Source: a virus (Duplodnaviria > Caudoviricetes). From it: DNA of 56,818 bases. The position numbers were made by a program, and so were the translations under genes. Shown here one piece after another: positions 25,883 through 35,203 of this stretch. Positions within the stretch are counted from its first letter, which is position 1. Each line of letters begins with the position of its first letter. Location of the stretch: positions 1 to 56,818 of the IMG/VR virus record IMGVR_UViG_3300017530_000090; one strand, 5' to 3'. A model generated the notes under the pieces. That model was given only the letters and a program-made list of their open reading frames with translations, did not search any database and had not been told where the DNA came from.

Positions 25883-26175
25883 AACTTGATCTCCCTATGT
25901 GCCTGTGCTACACTGAATTGTAATCGAAAATGAATAAGACGTGTAAAATCCTGGAATGCGACAAACCAGCGCGCGCGGCGAACATCCTTAGCGTTCTTAG
26001 CGCGCTGCCGACGCCCGGCTTCTTGCAGCTTCGTAATATTCCGCGCCGCATGTAGCCCGTACCAGATTGGTTCGACCGCCGTGATGAGCGTGCGCCAGGT
26101 ATGCGGGCGCTTGAGCAACCACACGCCGCCCGTCCACAGACCGATACCAACCACGAGCCAGATCATTAGTCTCAT
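25870..26175 (-). CDS. membrane-anchored hypothetical protein
   Basis: N-terminal TM; the 3' end runs through an antisense endonuclease remnant. Confidence 0.55.
   Translation of the reverse strand: MRLMIWLVVGIGLWTGGVWLLKRPHTWRTLITAVEPIWYGLHAARNITKLQEAGRRQRAKNAKDVRRARWFVAFQDFTRLIHFRLQFSVAQAHREIKLWAV
25930..25977 (+). pseudogene. N-terminal remnant of an endonuclease zinc finger with its promoter
   Basis: MNKTCKILECDKPARA resembles MNKCAIPDCDNPARA at 17546; upstream TTGATC-N17-TACACT (25886-25914). Confidence 0.55.
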
Positions 26176-26176
26176 G

Positions 26177-28420
26177 TTACTTGCGTCCAATAACCTCGAT
26201 CTGACGAACTTCTTCGACCTCGGCGAGATGGATGCGATAGTGGTGCGTCTTGCCGCGCTTAGGATGGAACAGCATGAATTCCTGCGACGGCAGGCTTGCC
26301 GCCGCGCGGCTCATCTCCACCGACAACAGCGACGGGCCGACGAAGCAGCCGTTCTGCATGACTTCGCCCTGGATTTCCGATTCGCTGGACTGCGCTTCGT
26401 GCAGGTGCGCCTTGAAGTAGTAGTTGATGATCTCGCCCACCACCGCGTTCAGTCGGAACTTGTTGTCCAGCGCGCCCGTGTAGGTGGCCTGGAGACCTCG
26501 GATGCCGTGCCCGTGACGGCCCGAGCATAGCCACCCCAGGATGTCGAACAACGCAATCGCGCCGTAGTGGATGTGGAAGTCGATCTGGCCGCCCGTCAGC
26601 GACCGCACACCATTCGCGCTCGTCGTCCACTCGCCGCCCGTCTCGTGACGCACACGCTCGGCGATAATCTCCCAAGCCATTAGCTCGAAGTTGTCCGGCG
26701 TGTACGCGCCGCGTGCGCGGGCTTCCGTGCGGCCGTGGTTGCCAGGCACCTTGATGATGGTGATGTGCGGATAGCGCTCCAGGTAGCTCAGGATGATGCC
26801 CGTCATGTCCTCGGCGAATCCCATCATCTGGAAGATAATGGACTCGGACATCTGAAGCGCCTGGCTGTTGCCAGTAATAAACACTTTACCATTCCGCCGC
26901 GCTACCCAAGTGCCTGTACTGGTGGTCGGGCACCAAACCACACCACGATACGGCACGGAACGTCGGCTTGTCTTTCCTCGCAAACCATGCCAACGATAAT
27001 TCTCGCGTATAAAGACAGGCTTGGCGTTTTGGCAACTTTGCCCTTGCGTTGCGGTATAGCCCAGTCGGACACACAGAGCTTGGAAGTCTGATAGACGATT
27101 TGCCGTTTCTTTTTGAACGAAGGTATGTCCACCGCGTCTGCGACCGCGCGGGCCAAAAGAGTGACCATCGCCAGCCATCAGCCCTTGGTATAGAGCGATC
27201 AGATGATCGGTAGACCACGACAAGAACCGTACTGGGAAGGCTTTATTTGGACAAAGATCACGAATTCGCCCAGCCACATAACCTTTAATTCGAAATGTCC
27301 GCCCGCCGGAAATATCACCTAGACCGGATTCCACCCAATCGGCGTCAAGCGCACCAAGTAGGGCACGAATCCGATCACATTTCTCAGGGTTAGCTTTGTC
27401 ACTTTGTGAAATCTCCACTGAGTAGCCACGTTGCTTGTCGGTGCCTTCGGCCAAATACCAACCGAGAAGCTCCGCAAACTCATCAGTCATATCAGTAGGT
27501 GAGGCTGACTCCGTATGCGCTCCCCACGGAGCCGACATCGGGAACTCTAAGTGGCTACTTAGTTCTGCTGCGGGGCGAAGCTCCTCACGACCAGTATTAC
27601 GAGATCGAACTACACAGCGATGATTGGGGGTCAGAAGCATGTCGGCAGCACGGGCTTTAATCTCTACCATATCCGTGTGCGCATCGGGGTAAATGTTAAT
27701 GGTTTGTGCCTCTCCCCAACCAAGTGACCCATCCTTATATGTCATCACGATTTGTCCTGGAGCCATCTCGTCATACCGACGCCAACCTTCGATGGTCAGG
27801 CACTCAGTATCAGCGTCGACGCACTGAAACATCTGGCCGTGCCCTTCCAGGTCGTCGCCGAGAGCCAGGATGAATAGCTCGTCCAGATCGACCCAGACCT
27901 GGTTCATCTGCGTGAACCGAAGCACGCCGTTGCGCCAGCGCGCCAACCGATCACGGGCGATGTCGATATTGTACTCCGCCAAGCCATTCGAAGCGCGGCG
28001 GTCAATGCGGCTGTAGTAGTGCAGGTCAGAGAATAGGGCCACGCCAACTTGCGACGACTCGAACCCCATATCTTCGACCTTCGTGGCGCGAATGAACTCC
28101 GGCACTGGCGGCAAGGATCGATACTCCGCCAAGAATTGCGACGCACGCTCTTGGATGTCTAGGAGCATCTGTTGGCGCTCATCAAGAACGTCCGTCTGTT
28201 CCACCTTCACCTTCGGAGGCTTCACGCCCTTGCTACGCAGAACGGCCCGCACGGTTTCAGCCGGGAGGTTGACCTGACTAAACTCGGCCTTGATGCGAAC
28301 CGCGATGGCCACAGGATTCAGGGCCGCCTCTTGCGTCCGCAGCACAATAATGCGCTCACGGACAGCGGTTGCTAGCTCGGCAGGCATCTCTCGGAGACGG
28401 GTGTAGGTCTGCTTTGCCAT
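26177..28420 (-). CDS. calcineurin-like metallophosphoesterase containing an intein
   Basis: SDLH, GDDLEG, GNHG, HGH, AHLH motifs flank the intein. Confidence 0.92.
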   Translation of the reverse strand: MAKQTYTRLREMPAELATAVRERIIVLRTQEAALNPVAIAVRIKAEFSQVNLPAETVRAVLRSKGVKPPKVKVEQTDVLDERQQMLLDIQERASQFLAEYRSLPPVPEFIRATKVEDMGFESSQVGVALFSDLHYYSRIDRRASNGLAEYNIDIARDRLARWRNGVLRFTQMNQVWVDLDELFILALGDDLEGHGQMFQCVDADTECLTIEGWRRYDEMAPGQIVMTYKDGSLGWGEAQTINIYPDAHTDMVEIKARAADMLLTPNHRCVVRSRNTGREELRPAAELSSHLEFPMSAPWGAHTESASPTDMTDEFAELLGWYLAEGTDKQRGYSVEISQSDKANPEKCDRIRALLGALDADWVESGLGDISGGRTFRIKGYVAGRIRDLCPNKAFPVRFLSWSTDHLIALYQGLMAGDGHSFGPRGRRRGGHTFVQKETANRLSDFQALCVRLGYTATQGQSCQNAKPVFIRENYRWHGLRGKTSRRSVPYRGVVWCPTTSTGTWVARRNGKVFITGNSQALQMSESIIFQMMGFAEDMTGIILSYLERYPHITIIKVPGNHGRTEARARGAYTPDNFELMAWEIIAERVRHETGGEWTTSANGVRSLTGGQIDFHIHYGAIALFDILGWLCSGRHGHGIRGLQATYTGALDNKFRLNAVVGEIINYYFKAHLHEAQSSESEIQGEVMQNGCFVGPSLLSVEMSRAAASLPSQEFMLFHPKRGKTHHYRIHLAEVEEVRQIEVIGRK
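26867..27823 (-). mobile_element. intein (319 aa) with LAGLIDADG endonuclease
   Basis: Starts CVDADTE, block B TPNH, LLGWYLAEG and GLMAGDG, ends WVARRNGKVFITGN followed by Ser. Confidence 0.95.
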
Positions 28421-28893
28421 TACTTCTTTCCTCCTGGCGGCATAGGCGCGCGGCCATTACCCCACGCTGCGATGCACGCGGCATCATAAACATCCTGCGG
28501 TTGATCGGCCGGGATATGTAGCACCTTCTGTGCGTAGGCCGCGATCTCTTCCTTCGAAGCGTGGCCGTTGCCGAGCACGCCCTTCTTCCACGTGCCATTA
28601 TCGACCATCGAATGGGACTGGTTGTTGCTCCAGAGCCAGAACCGAATCATACCCACGACCACGGCTTGGTCGCGGAGCGCCTTCGCATTGACGCCCATCA
28701 CGGGTGTCTCGATGTACACCCAATCGACCGGCTGGTCGAAGAAGGTGATTCGGAGAGACGTGTACAGCCCCTCAATACGATCTTCGGCTCTCCGCCCCTT
28801 GGCCTCGACCCGCCAGATATGGGGTTCTTTTCCAGCCTCCAAGACGACGCCGGTAATGGCACGAGTATCAGGATCAATCCCGACGATTCGCAT
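28420..28893 (-). CDS. ruvC: RuvC-like Holliday junction resolvase
   Basis: IVGIDP, YIE, WKK...GNGHASKEE, DVYDA. Confidence 0.9.
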   Translation of the reverse strand: MRIVGIDPDTRAITGVVLEAGKEPHIWRVEAKGRRAEDRIEGLYTSLRITFFDQPVDWVYIETPVMGVNAKALRDQAVVVGMIRFWLWSNNQSHSMVDNGTWKKGVLGNGHASKEEIAAYAQKVLHIPADQPQDVYDAACIAAWGNGRAPMPPGGKK

Positions 28894-29230
28894 ATGCAAG
28901 TACCTCTTCGGCCCGACCATCTTTACTAGTCAGATAAGGAATCAATTGTGGTAGCAGTTCAAACAAGCTATTGATTTTGGCCAAATGCCAGCGCCACATC
29001 GGTTTGCGTCCAATCGCACTGCTCGGTTCACCATCATAGATGACCGTTCCGTCGCCTGCAAGACGCAGACACGTTGCAACCGTCTCCACCTCGCTAGAAT
29101 AAACGGCAATGTAGCGAGGCCGACGACCACGGAGACAAATCGAGCCTTCGCCTTCGACCATTGCTCCGAGCCAAGCCGCCTCTGGTGAAGAAAGTTGACG
29201 CACAGTGGACTTCTGACGCGGTGGTGCCAT
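28874..29230 (-). CDS. LAGLIDADG homing endonuclease, free-standing
   Basis: AAWLGAMVEGEGSI, LIPYL..K; TGCTATACT and GGAGG upstream. Confidence 0.85.
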   Translation of the reverse strand: MAPPRQKSTVRQLSSPEAAWLGAMVEGEGSICLRGRRPRYIAVYSSEVETVATCLRLAGDGTVIYDGEPSSAIGRKPMWRWHLAKINSLFELLPQLIPYLTSKDGRAEEVLAYANRRD

Positions 29231-29284
29231 AGCTCCTCCAGTATAGCACGTCACGCCGGGGCCGCCACCTCTGGTGCTTGCGCC

Positions 29285-29374
29285 CTTCGAGACAATGATT
29301 GGCCCGAAGGCTTTCAAGTCCTGTGCTGGAATTGCAACGCTGCTAAGCATCAGTTTGGCTCTTGCCCCCACCAG
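29285..29374 (+). pseudogene. HNH C-terminal remnant, antisense
   Basis: LRDNDWPEGFQVLCWNCNAAKHQFGSCPHQ. Confidence 0.7.
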
Positions 29375-30044
29375 GATTCTTCAGCACCTCGACTTCGGTA
29401 GCGGCCCGAACCACACGAAACCTATAAGCCACATCCGCCGCGTCAACATATTCTGGCTCTTGCGTCACCATCAACAACTGGAAGCCGAGACGGTCGATGA
29501 GCGCGGCCGCCATTTCCGCGAGGGGTTGGCGGTAGTCGGGGCTGACATGAGCAAATGGTTCATCTAAAATAAGTACCAGTCGAAGCAATGGCCGGGACGC
29601 CATGATCAACAGGGCGCGGAGCAGGAAGGCGATAATGCCAATGTAGCCCCCGCCTTGTCCGGCCATGACATCCTCTTCTTGCCCATTCTTGATGAGCACG
29701 AATTCCACGGCACTCATGTCGGCCTTTGTTGATGGCTCAATCTTTAGCCGTAGCTCTCCCCCGAACACGTGAGACAGCCCTTCGGAGACGATGGTCTCGG
29801 TCGACTTCTGGAACTTGCGCTGCCAGACCTGCTCCATCCCTTGAAGCAGATCGAGAACGGTGCGCAGAATCTCGGCCTCATCGCCGGTCGCGGCGACTCG
29901 CGCCTCGGCCTCAACGAGCGTGGCGGCGACGGCCTCCCGCGCGCCTTCGTGCCGGGCTAGCTCCTGGCTGATCTGTTCGAGGCGCGTCTGGAGACGGCCC
30001 GCGATCTCGTCAACTTCGTGTAAAGACGGACTCGGCTTCGTCAA
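29343..30044 (-). CDS. SbcC/Rad50-like ATPase, C-terminal half
   Basis: Coiled coil, signature-like QGGG, Walker B LILDEPF, VTQ switch. Confidence 0.88.
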   Translation of the reverse strand: MTKPSPSLHEVDEIAGRLQTRLEQISQELARHEGAREAVAATLVEAEARVAATGDEAEILRTVLDLLQGMEQVWQRKFQKSTETIVSEGLSHVFGGELRLKIEPSTKADMSAVEFVLIKNGQEEDVMAGQGGGYIGIIAFLLRALLIMASRPLLRLVLILDEPFAHVSPDYRQPLAEMAAALIDRLGFQLLMVTQEPEYVDAADVAYRFRVVRAATEVEVLKNPGGGKSQTDA

Positions 30045-30276
30045 GGTGCTCCTCCAGTTGCTCCAAGTTCTCTTGGATCGCAGCGACCAGCCGGTTCGTC
30101 TGACGCCCTAAATCACGATCAGGGTCGAGACCAAGTTCTTCAATAGCATCGTCAGCAGCCGCGAGTTGATCCTCGGCCGCGCTCTTCTTCGTGCTCGCCT
30201 CAGTCACCCGCGTCTTGGCGCTATCCACACGCTGTCGCAAGTCAAGCACCTGTTGTGTAGCATCCTTCTCAGCCAT
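30010..30276 (-). CDS. short coiled-coil protein (part of the split SbcC module)
   Basis: Heptad pattern; GGAGATGTG RBS. Confidence 0.75.
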   Translation of the reverse strand: MAEKDATQQVLDLRQRVDSAKTRVTEASTKKSAAEDQLAAADDAIEELGLDPDRDLGRQTNRLVAAIQENLEQLEEHLDEAESVFTRS

Positions 30277-31246
30277 TGATCACATCTCCGCCTTCCAAGT
30301 AATAATGCAGTTTCTCGACCACGGTTGGCGGCTGCCCCTTCGTGTAGCGAGCGATCAATTCGTCCATCGGAGTCTCTTCAATCTCCAGGGATGACGCCAG
30401 ATTCTCGGCGAATTCGCTAAGCTGCCGCTCCGTCGCCACCTCCTGCTCGAAGAATACCTCCTCGGCCGGGCGGGCAGACGTGAGTGGGTGTCGTTCAAAC
30501 TCAATCTCACCATGATCGAGCGTCACAACCAAGACTCCCGGCCGCCGCTCTAGGTTGTGCTTGGTGCGCTCGACACGAGCGATGGAGCCGATGTTAGTGA
30601 ACCAGCAGCCGGACGACAGTTGGTGGATACCCAAATCCTCGTGGATATGCCCGGCGTGAAGCACGTGCAACAAATCGGTCGGCAGCTTGTCGGCATCGTG
30701 ATGCGGATACGGCCGGGAATCCCCCGGCGGCAGGATCGAGGCGTGTGCAACCATGATCGTGTACCCGCCCTTTGGCCGCAACGCTACTTCCTCCTTCTTG
30801 AGCTTGAAGATGTGTGGCAGGTTGTCGATGTATGGCTCCCAGTTTCGGGGCACGAACAGCGCCTTCTCGCCATTCGCCTCGATAACGCGGGCCTTGTCCA
30901 ACCAGATCAGCGCGCCCGCCTTGATCATGACTCCGAATGGCATCGAGAATACCGACTCAACGCCAGAGTATGAGAAGTCGTGATTGCCGCCGACGCCGTA
31001 GATATCAACAGGCCGCCGCTCGTACAATTCCAGGAGCCGCGCCAGCAGCCGGTTGATGTTGATGACGCCCCGAAACTTGTGGAACCAGTCGCCGGTATCG
31101 ATGATGAAGTCACAGCCGGTGCGCGCAGCGATGTCGAACGTCTCCTCCTGCTTGGCCAGAACGTCCTCCATGTATGAGTCCGTGCGGCCAAGCGGCGGCC
31201 GGTCAGCGTTGTGTAGGTCGCCCCTAACGAGGTATTTAATGCTCAT
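30269..31246 (-). CDS. SbcD/Mre11-like nuclease
   Basis: GDLH, GDWFH, GNHD, GHIH, NIGS. Confidence 0.92.
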   Translation of the reverse strand: MSIKYLVRGDLHNADRPPLGRTDSYMEDVLAKQEETFDIAARTGCDFIIDTGDWFHKFRGVININRLLARLLELYERRPVDIYGVGGNHDFSYSGVESVFSMPFGVMIKAGALIWLDKARVIEANGEKALFVPRNWEPYIDNLPHIFKLKKEEVALRPKGGYTIMVAHASILPPGDSRPYPHHDADKLPTDLLHVLHAGHIHEDLGIHQLSSGCWFTNIGSIARVERTKHNLERRPGVLVVTLDHGEIEFERHPLTSARPAEEVFFEQEVATERQLSEFAENLASSLEIEETPMDELIARYTKGQPPTVVEKLHYYLEGGDVING

Positions 31247-32183
31247 GCTCGCCCCACGCTTCAGTTGAGCCACAGAGCGGGCAGGCTCCTAGCTCCGTTA
31301 CCAGCTTCTCGTACCGCTGCTCTAGCTCCGCCAGATCATCGCGCGCCTGCTCCTCCTCGGCCCGGCCCACACCAGCCGCGGCCGCCGCCTTCTTCGTGTG
31401 CTGGATGGCAGCCACAATCCCTTCCAGCGCCGTCACGCGCTCATCCAGAGCCTCGACCTCCTCCGGTCGCGGGAGCGTCAGATCAGCGATGCGCAGGGAG
31501 CCAGCGATGTCTTGAACGATGTCGTCGGCCTGCTTTGCGGCACCAAGTTGCTCTTTGGCCACCCGCATCAGCTTGTTGGCCCGATCCATGACGTCGCGGG
31601 CGCGGTGCACATTCGGCAACTCGGCAAGCTGCGCCTTCGTCCGCTCGGCCTCCTCTTCGGCTGCCGTATTCGCGCGCTGGGCGCGTTTCAGATCACGGCG
31701 GCAGTCCATCTGCGCCTCCACCAGCACCGAGAGCTTGGTGAGCTTGGCCAGGGCGCGGGCAGCAAGCGTCGAGGACTCCGTGAGCAGGAGCGGTAGATCG
31801 TGCTGCGAATGGAATTGCGGCGTGAAGGACAGGCCCTTATCAATCTCGATCCGCCGAATGCCGAGCACGTTCTCGATGTCCTCCGGCACCGCGCGGCCGG
31901 TGCGCGTGTACACTTGATCGTCCGAGGTGTAGGTCGCGCTCTTGTCGCGCGGCTTCTCCCACTCGACCGTCTTGCCGCCATCGAGCGTGAGACGTACCCA
32001 CGCTTTCTGGCTCTTATGGTTAATGAACCGATGCCCTACCTGATTAAACGCCAGAGCTTTCAGGGCACGGATCATGGAAGACTTACCGTTCCCCGACGGG
32101 CCGACAATGACCGTGAATCGGCCAAGCACCAGATCGATGTCCTTGATGGACTGATAGTCTTGAATTTCCAGCCGCTCTAGCAC
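31236..32183 (-). CDS. SbcC/Rad50-like ATPase, N-terminal half ending in a zinc hook
   Basis: YQS, Walker A GPSGNGKS, Q-loop, coiled coil, terminal CPLC. Confidence 0.92.
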   Translation of the reverse strand: MLERLEIQDYQSIKDIDLVLGRFTVIVGPSGNGKSSMIRALKALAFNQVGHRFINHKSQKAWVRLTLDGGKTVEWEKPRDKSATYTSDDQVYTRTGRAVPEDIENVLGIRRIEIDKGLSFTPQFHSQHDLPLLLTESSTLAARALAKLTKLSVLVEAQMDCRRDLKRAQRANTAAEEEAERTKAQLAELPNVHRARDVMDRANKLMRVAKEQLGAAKQADDIVQDIAGSLRIADLTLPRPEEVEALDERVTALEGIVAAIQHTKKAAAAAGVGRAEEEQARDDLAELEQRYEKLVTELGACPLCGSTEAWGEHEH

Positions 32184-32268
32184 TTGCCTTGGCCTCCCGA
32201 ATCGGATACAATATGGGAAAGGTCGACCTCATGAAGCGCGTCCACCACCGTCCTAATGATGTTCCACA

Positions 32269-33354
32269 TTATGCCACCTCCGGGAAGCGCTTCCGCACGG
32301 TCTCCGACCAGAACTCCTCGCGGGCCGCCACGGCGATACGCTCGCGCAGCCCTGGGGAATCCGCCAGAATCTCGTGGAAGTTCGCTTCGTGGAACGACTC
32401 GTCGACGTCGGCCATCTTGTACCAGGAACCCTTCTTCACGATCATGCCGAGCTTCACGGCGGCCTGGAAGTGGGCATAGTCGTCGTCGAAGCCGTAGTCG
32501 AACGTCACCCGAATCTCGGCCTTGCCGAACGGGTTCGAGCACTTGTTCTTGCTGATCTTGGCCCGCGACATAATGCCGTAGGCCGGGCTGTCCCTATCCC
32601 CGCGTCGCAACTCTTGCGCCTTCCGCATGTCGATGATGGTGCTGGCATGGAATTGCAACGGGCGCTTGGCGATCATCGTGCTGCTGTCCATGCTGCCGAA
32701 CGGGCCGGTATCGATGTTCTCCTTATTCTGGTTGACGATGATCAGAACAATGTTCTCTTTGGCCACGATGGGCATGATGCGACGTAGGGCGGCGCTCATG
32801 ATCTTGGCGTGCTCACCAATGGCCTTGGACTCACCGAATTCGCCTTCGGATTGAGCTTTCGTCTGCGTACCGCCCACGCTGTCCCAGACGATGGTGGCCA
32901 ACGTGTCGGGCGTCTCCTCCCGTACCGCCTTGATGCTGTTTTCGATTAGCCGGATCGCCGCTTCAACCGTCTCCGGTTGCGCCAGCAACAGGTCTTCGCG
33001 GCGCAAGCCCAGGCGGGCAGCGCGGGATTCATCAAACGCGAATTCCGCGTCAAGCAGAATAGCGATCCCATCACGGCGCGCGGTTTCGGCTAGCAGGTGC
33101 GTGATGAGCGAGGTCTTGCCGGAGGATTCCCAGCCACGCACTACCGTCAGGCGGCCGACCGGAATGCCCGGCATATTCAACGCCAGGTCGAGAGCGAGGT
33201 TCTGAGTCGAGAGGTAGTCCTTGGCCCCGGCCACCTCGCCGGTCAGAATGCTCGACTCCTCGCCCTCGCTCTTGCGGATATGCTGGACTACAGCGTCAAT
33301 GAGGCGGGCGGGCTTTCCGTCGCCCGCCTCCGCCCGCTTCTTGCCTCGCTGCAT
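32269..33354 (-). CDS. recA: RecA/UvsX-like recombinase
   Basis: GIPVGR, GWESSGKT, DAE, VWDS, NQ, KNK. Confidence 0.95.
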   Translation of the reverse strand: MQRGKKRAEAGDGKPARLIDAVVQHIRKSEGEESSILTGEVAGAKDYLSTQNLALDLALNMPGIPVGRLTVVRGWESSGKTSLITHLLAETARRDGIAILLDAEFAFDESRAARLGLRREDLLLAQPETVEAAIRLIENSIKAVREETPDTLATIVWDSVGGTQTKAQSEGEFGESKAIGEHAKIMSAALRRIMPIVAKENIVLIIVNQNKENIDTGPFGSMDSSTMIAKRPLQFHASTIIDMRKAQELRRGDRDSPAYGIMSRAKISKNKCSNPFGKAEIRVTFDYGFDDDYAHFQAAVKLGMIVKKGSWYKMADVDESFHEANFHEILADSPGLRERIAVAAREEFWSETVRKRFPEVA

Positions 33355-33355
33355 C

Positions 33356-34372
33356 TTAGTCCAAGTCCTTCACGCGGCCACGGACTCGGCTGCTGCCGGA
33401 GCTACTCTTCGTGCCGCTGCTCGGCTTGGCCTTGCGCTTGCGCGGCGGTGGATCGTCCTCCGGCTCCGTCTCCTCCTCCGTCTCCTCCTCAGTCTCCTCC
33501 TCCGGCTCCTCCTTGGCTGCGCGCCGTCGGCGGCGCGGCGGTGGATCGTCCTCCGGCTCCGTCTCCTCCTCAGTCTCCGCGCAGCGGGAGCGTCGACGCG
33601 GCACGGGATCGTCGTCCTTGCTATCGGACTTCTCCTCCGGCTCCTCGTCCTCGCTATCACCGTTGTCGTCCTTCGACTCCGTGCGGGCGCGACCGCCCGA
33701 CCGGCCCTTGTACGTGCGCTCCATCTCATCGTCGGTGGTGAACGCCTGCACCTTGGCCAGATCAGGCAACTCGAATTCCTCGTCCAAGAGCGCCTGGAAC
33801 ATCTCGCCAACGGTGTCGCTGCGATGGTTCAGGAGCTTGTCGGACGGGAACGCCTTCGGGCGCGTCGGCGTGGCGTCGTACTTGGTGTTGATGCCGCTGC
33901 CGGTCTTCTCGACCAGGATGTCGAAGCCCTCTTCGAAGCTCGTGAAGTCGCCGTAGTCCTCCTCGTTGAGCCAGAACTTCTTCAACTGCCGGAAGATCGT
34001 CTTGGGGCAGGGCCAGACCTGCACGCCATTCTGCGGCTTCTCCAGATCGACGATGTTGAGCAGGTAGCGCGGGCGAGCACCCATTGCCTCGGACTCGGCC
34101 TTCTCGTCGTCATCGCCGTGCGCCAGGCGCTTCACCAGGCGGCACAGGAAGCAGGAATCGGCCACGCCGGACATATCCGGGCACGGCACGGCACGCTCGT
34201 CGGGGCCGACGTTGAAGTGCGTCCCCGTGACGAACCAGAATTCCTTCACGCCATCCGCCCACGGTGGCATAACGCGAATGCGGCTCTCGCCCTCTGGGGG
34301 GTTCCAAAACTCCGCGCCGCCCCCGACCGGCGCGCTTTCGACTGCTTCTCGGCTCGGCTTACCGTAACCCAT
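33356..34372 (-). CDS. single-stranded DNA-binding protein (T4 gp32-like) with long charged tail
   Basis: RIRVMPP, HF..CP..CFLC, GFD..KTGSG..TKY; repeated EEETEPEDDPPPR. Confidence 0.82.
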   Translation of the reverse strand: MGYGKPSREAVESAPVGGGAEFWNPPEGESRIRVMPPWADGVKEFWFVTGTHFNVGPDERAVPCPDMSGVADSCFLCRLVKRLAHGDDDEKAESEAMGARPRYLLNIVDLEKPQNGVQVWPCPKTIFRQLKKFWLNEEDYGDFTSFEEGFDILVEKTGSGINTKYDATPTRPKAFPSDKLLNHRSDTVGEMFQALLDEEFELPDLAKVQAFTTDDEMERTYKGRSGGRARTESKDDNGDSEDEEPEEKSDSKDDDPVPRRRSRCAETEEETEPEDDPPPRRRRRAAKEEPEEETEEETEEETEPEDDPPPRKRKAKPSSGTKSSSGSSRVRGRVKDLD

Positions 34373-34390
34373 GTGTGCGTTCCTCCCTCT

Positions 34391-34546
34391 CTATGATAGT
34401 CGGCTGACGATCAGCGTCAGCGCCACAGCGACCAGTAGCCAATAGGCCGTGCTGAGAGCCAGGGTCGCCAACTGGCTCACTACCCGTTCGACGGGCGACT
34501 GCCCGAAGTCCCACCGGAGCAGCAACCACAAGTTGAGCAAGTCCAC
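34391..34546 (-). CDS. small membrane protein (51 aa, not in the ORF track)
   Basis: GGGGAG RBS, GTG start, hydrophobic C-terminus. Confidence 0.5.
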   Translation of the reverse strand: MDLLNLWLLLRWDFGQSPVERVVSQLATLALSTAYWLLVAVALTLIVSRLS

Positions 34547-34548
34547 GA

Positions 34549-34737
34549 CTAGCTCCCCTCTAGCCCGAACGCCTTGCGCAGTCGTCGCGCTGACCGCTCC
34601 AGCAAGAGGATGGCATTCTCGGCCTCGTCCCCCGGCAGATTGAACAGCACGCGGCCACGTCGCGCATTCGCTAGGTGGCGGTCGGCAGTCGCCACATCAG
34701 CCTGCGCGATCTTGCAGGTATCGGCTCGACTTACCAT
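34549..34737 (-). CDS. hypothetical protein
   Basis: GGAGGG RBS. Confidence 0.6.
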   Translation of the reverse strand: MVSRADTCKIAQADVATADRHLANARRGRVLFNLPGDEAENAILLLERSARRLRKAFGLEGS

Positions 34738-34738
34738 G

Positions 34739-35203
34739 TTAGCCCTCCCTCCCCGTGGCCGCCATCTCAGCACGGTCACGGTTGTTCACGGCAATAAGTG
34801 CGCTGAGCCGTTGCTCCAAGGCACGCTTGATGACGCCGAGGTATCCGGCGTTGCGCCGGGCGTTGATCATGGCTTCCAGCGCCTCTGCATAGTCCTCCTC
34901 ACGGAGAATACGGCGCTGGATGATAGCCTCCGTCACCTTCTCTTCTTCCTCACGGGCCTCCTGCCGGAGCCGATCATCCACCTCGGCCTCGACGCGATCC
35001 AGCCGCCGCTTCTCGGTCAACAAGATCACATCGGCCTCCTCCGAGAGCGATGACCAGTAGGCATAGATCGACGGCTGCTCCGTAAGCTGATCGATCACGT
35101 GCGTCGGATCAACCTTGAGCGCGTCGTAAGCGTCATCGAGATCGAATGGCACACCATCGACCTTGATCGCGCCATCAATCGGTAGGTTCTTAAGTACTGA
35201 CAT
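34739..35203 (-). CDS. UvsY-like recombination mediator
   Basis: QPSIYAYW, KVTEA.I, ALEQR..L helical pattern; next to SSB and RecA. Confidence 0.7.
   Translation of the reverse strand: MSVLKNLPIDGAIKVDGVPFDLDDAYDALKVDPTHVIDQLTEQPSIYAYWSSLSEEADVILLTEKRRLDRVEAEVDDRLRQEAREEEEKVTEAIIQRRILREEDYAEALEAMINARRNAGYLGVIKRALEQRLSALIAVNNRDRAEMAATGREG

Noticed and set aside
33221-34396. Long plus-strand ORF (also 35682-36560, 50547-51737, 52644-53780)
   Set aside because: Antisense shadows of GC3-rich genes with clear motifs on the minus strand
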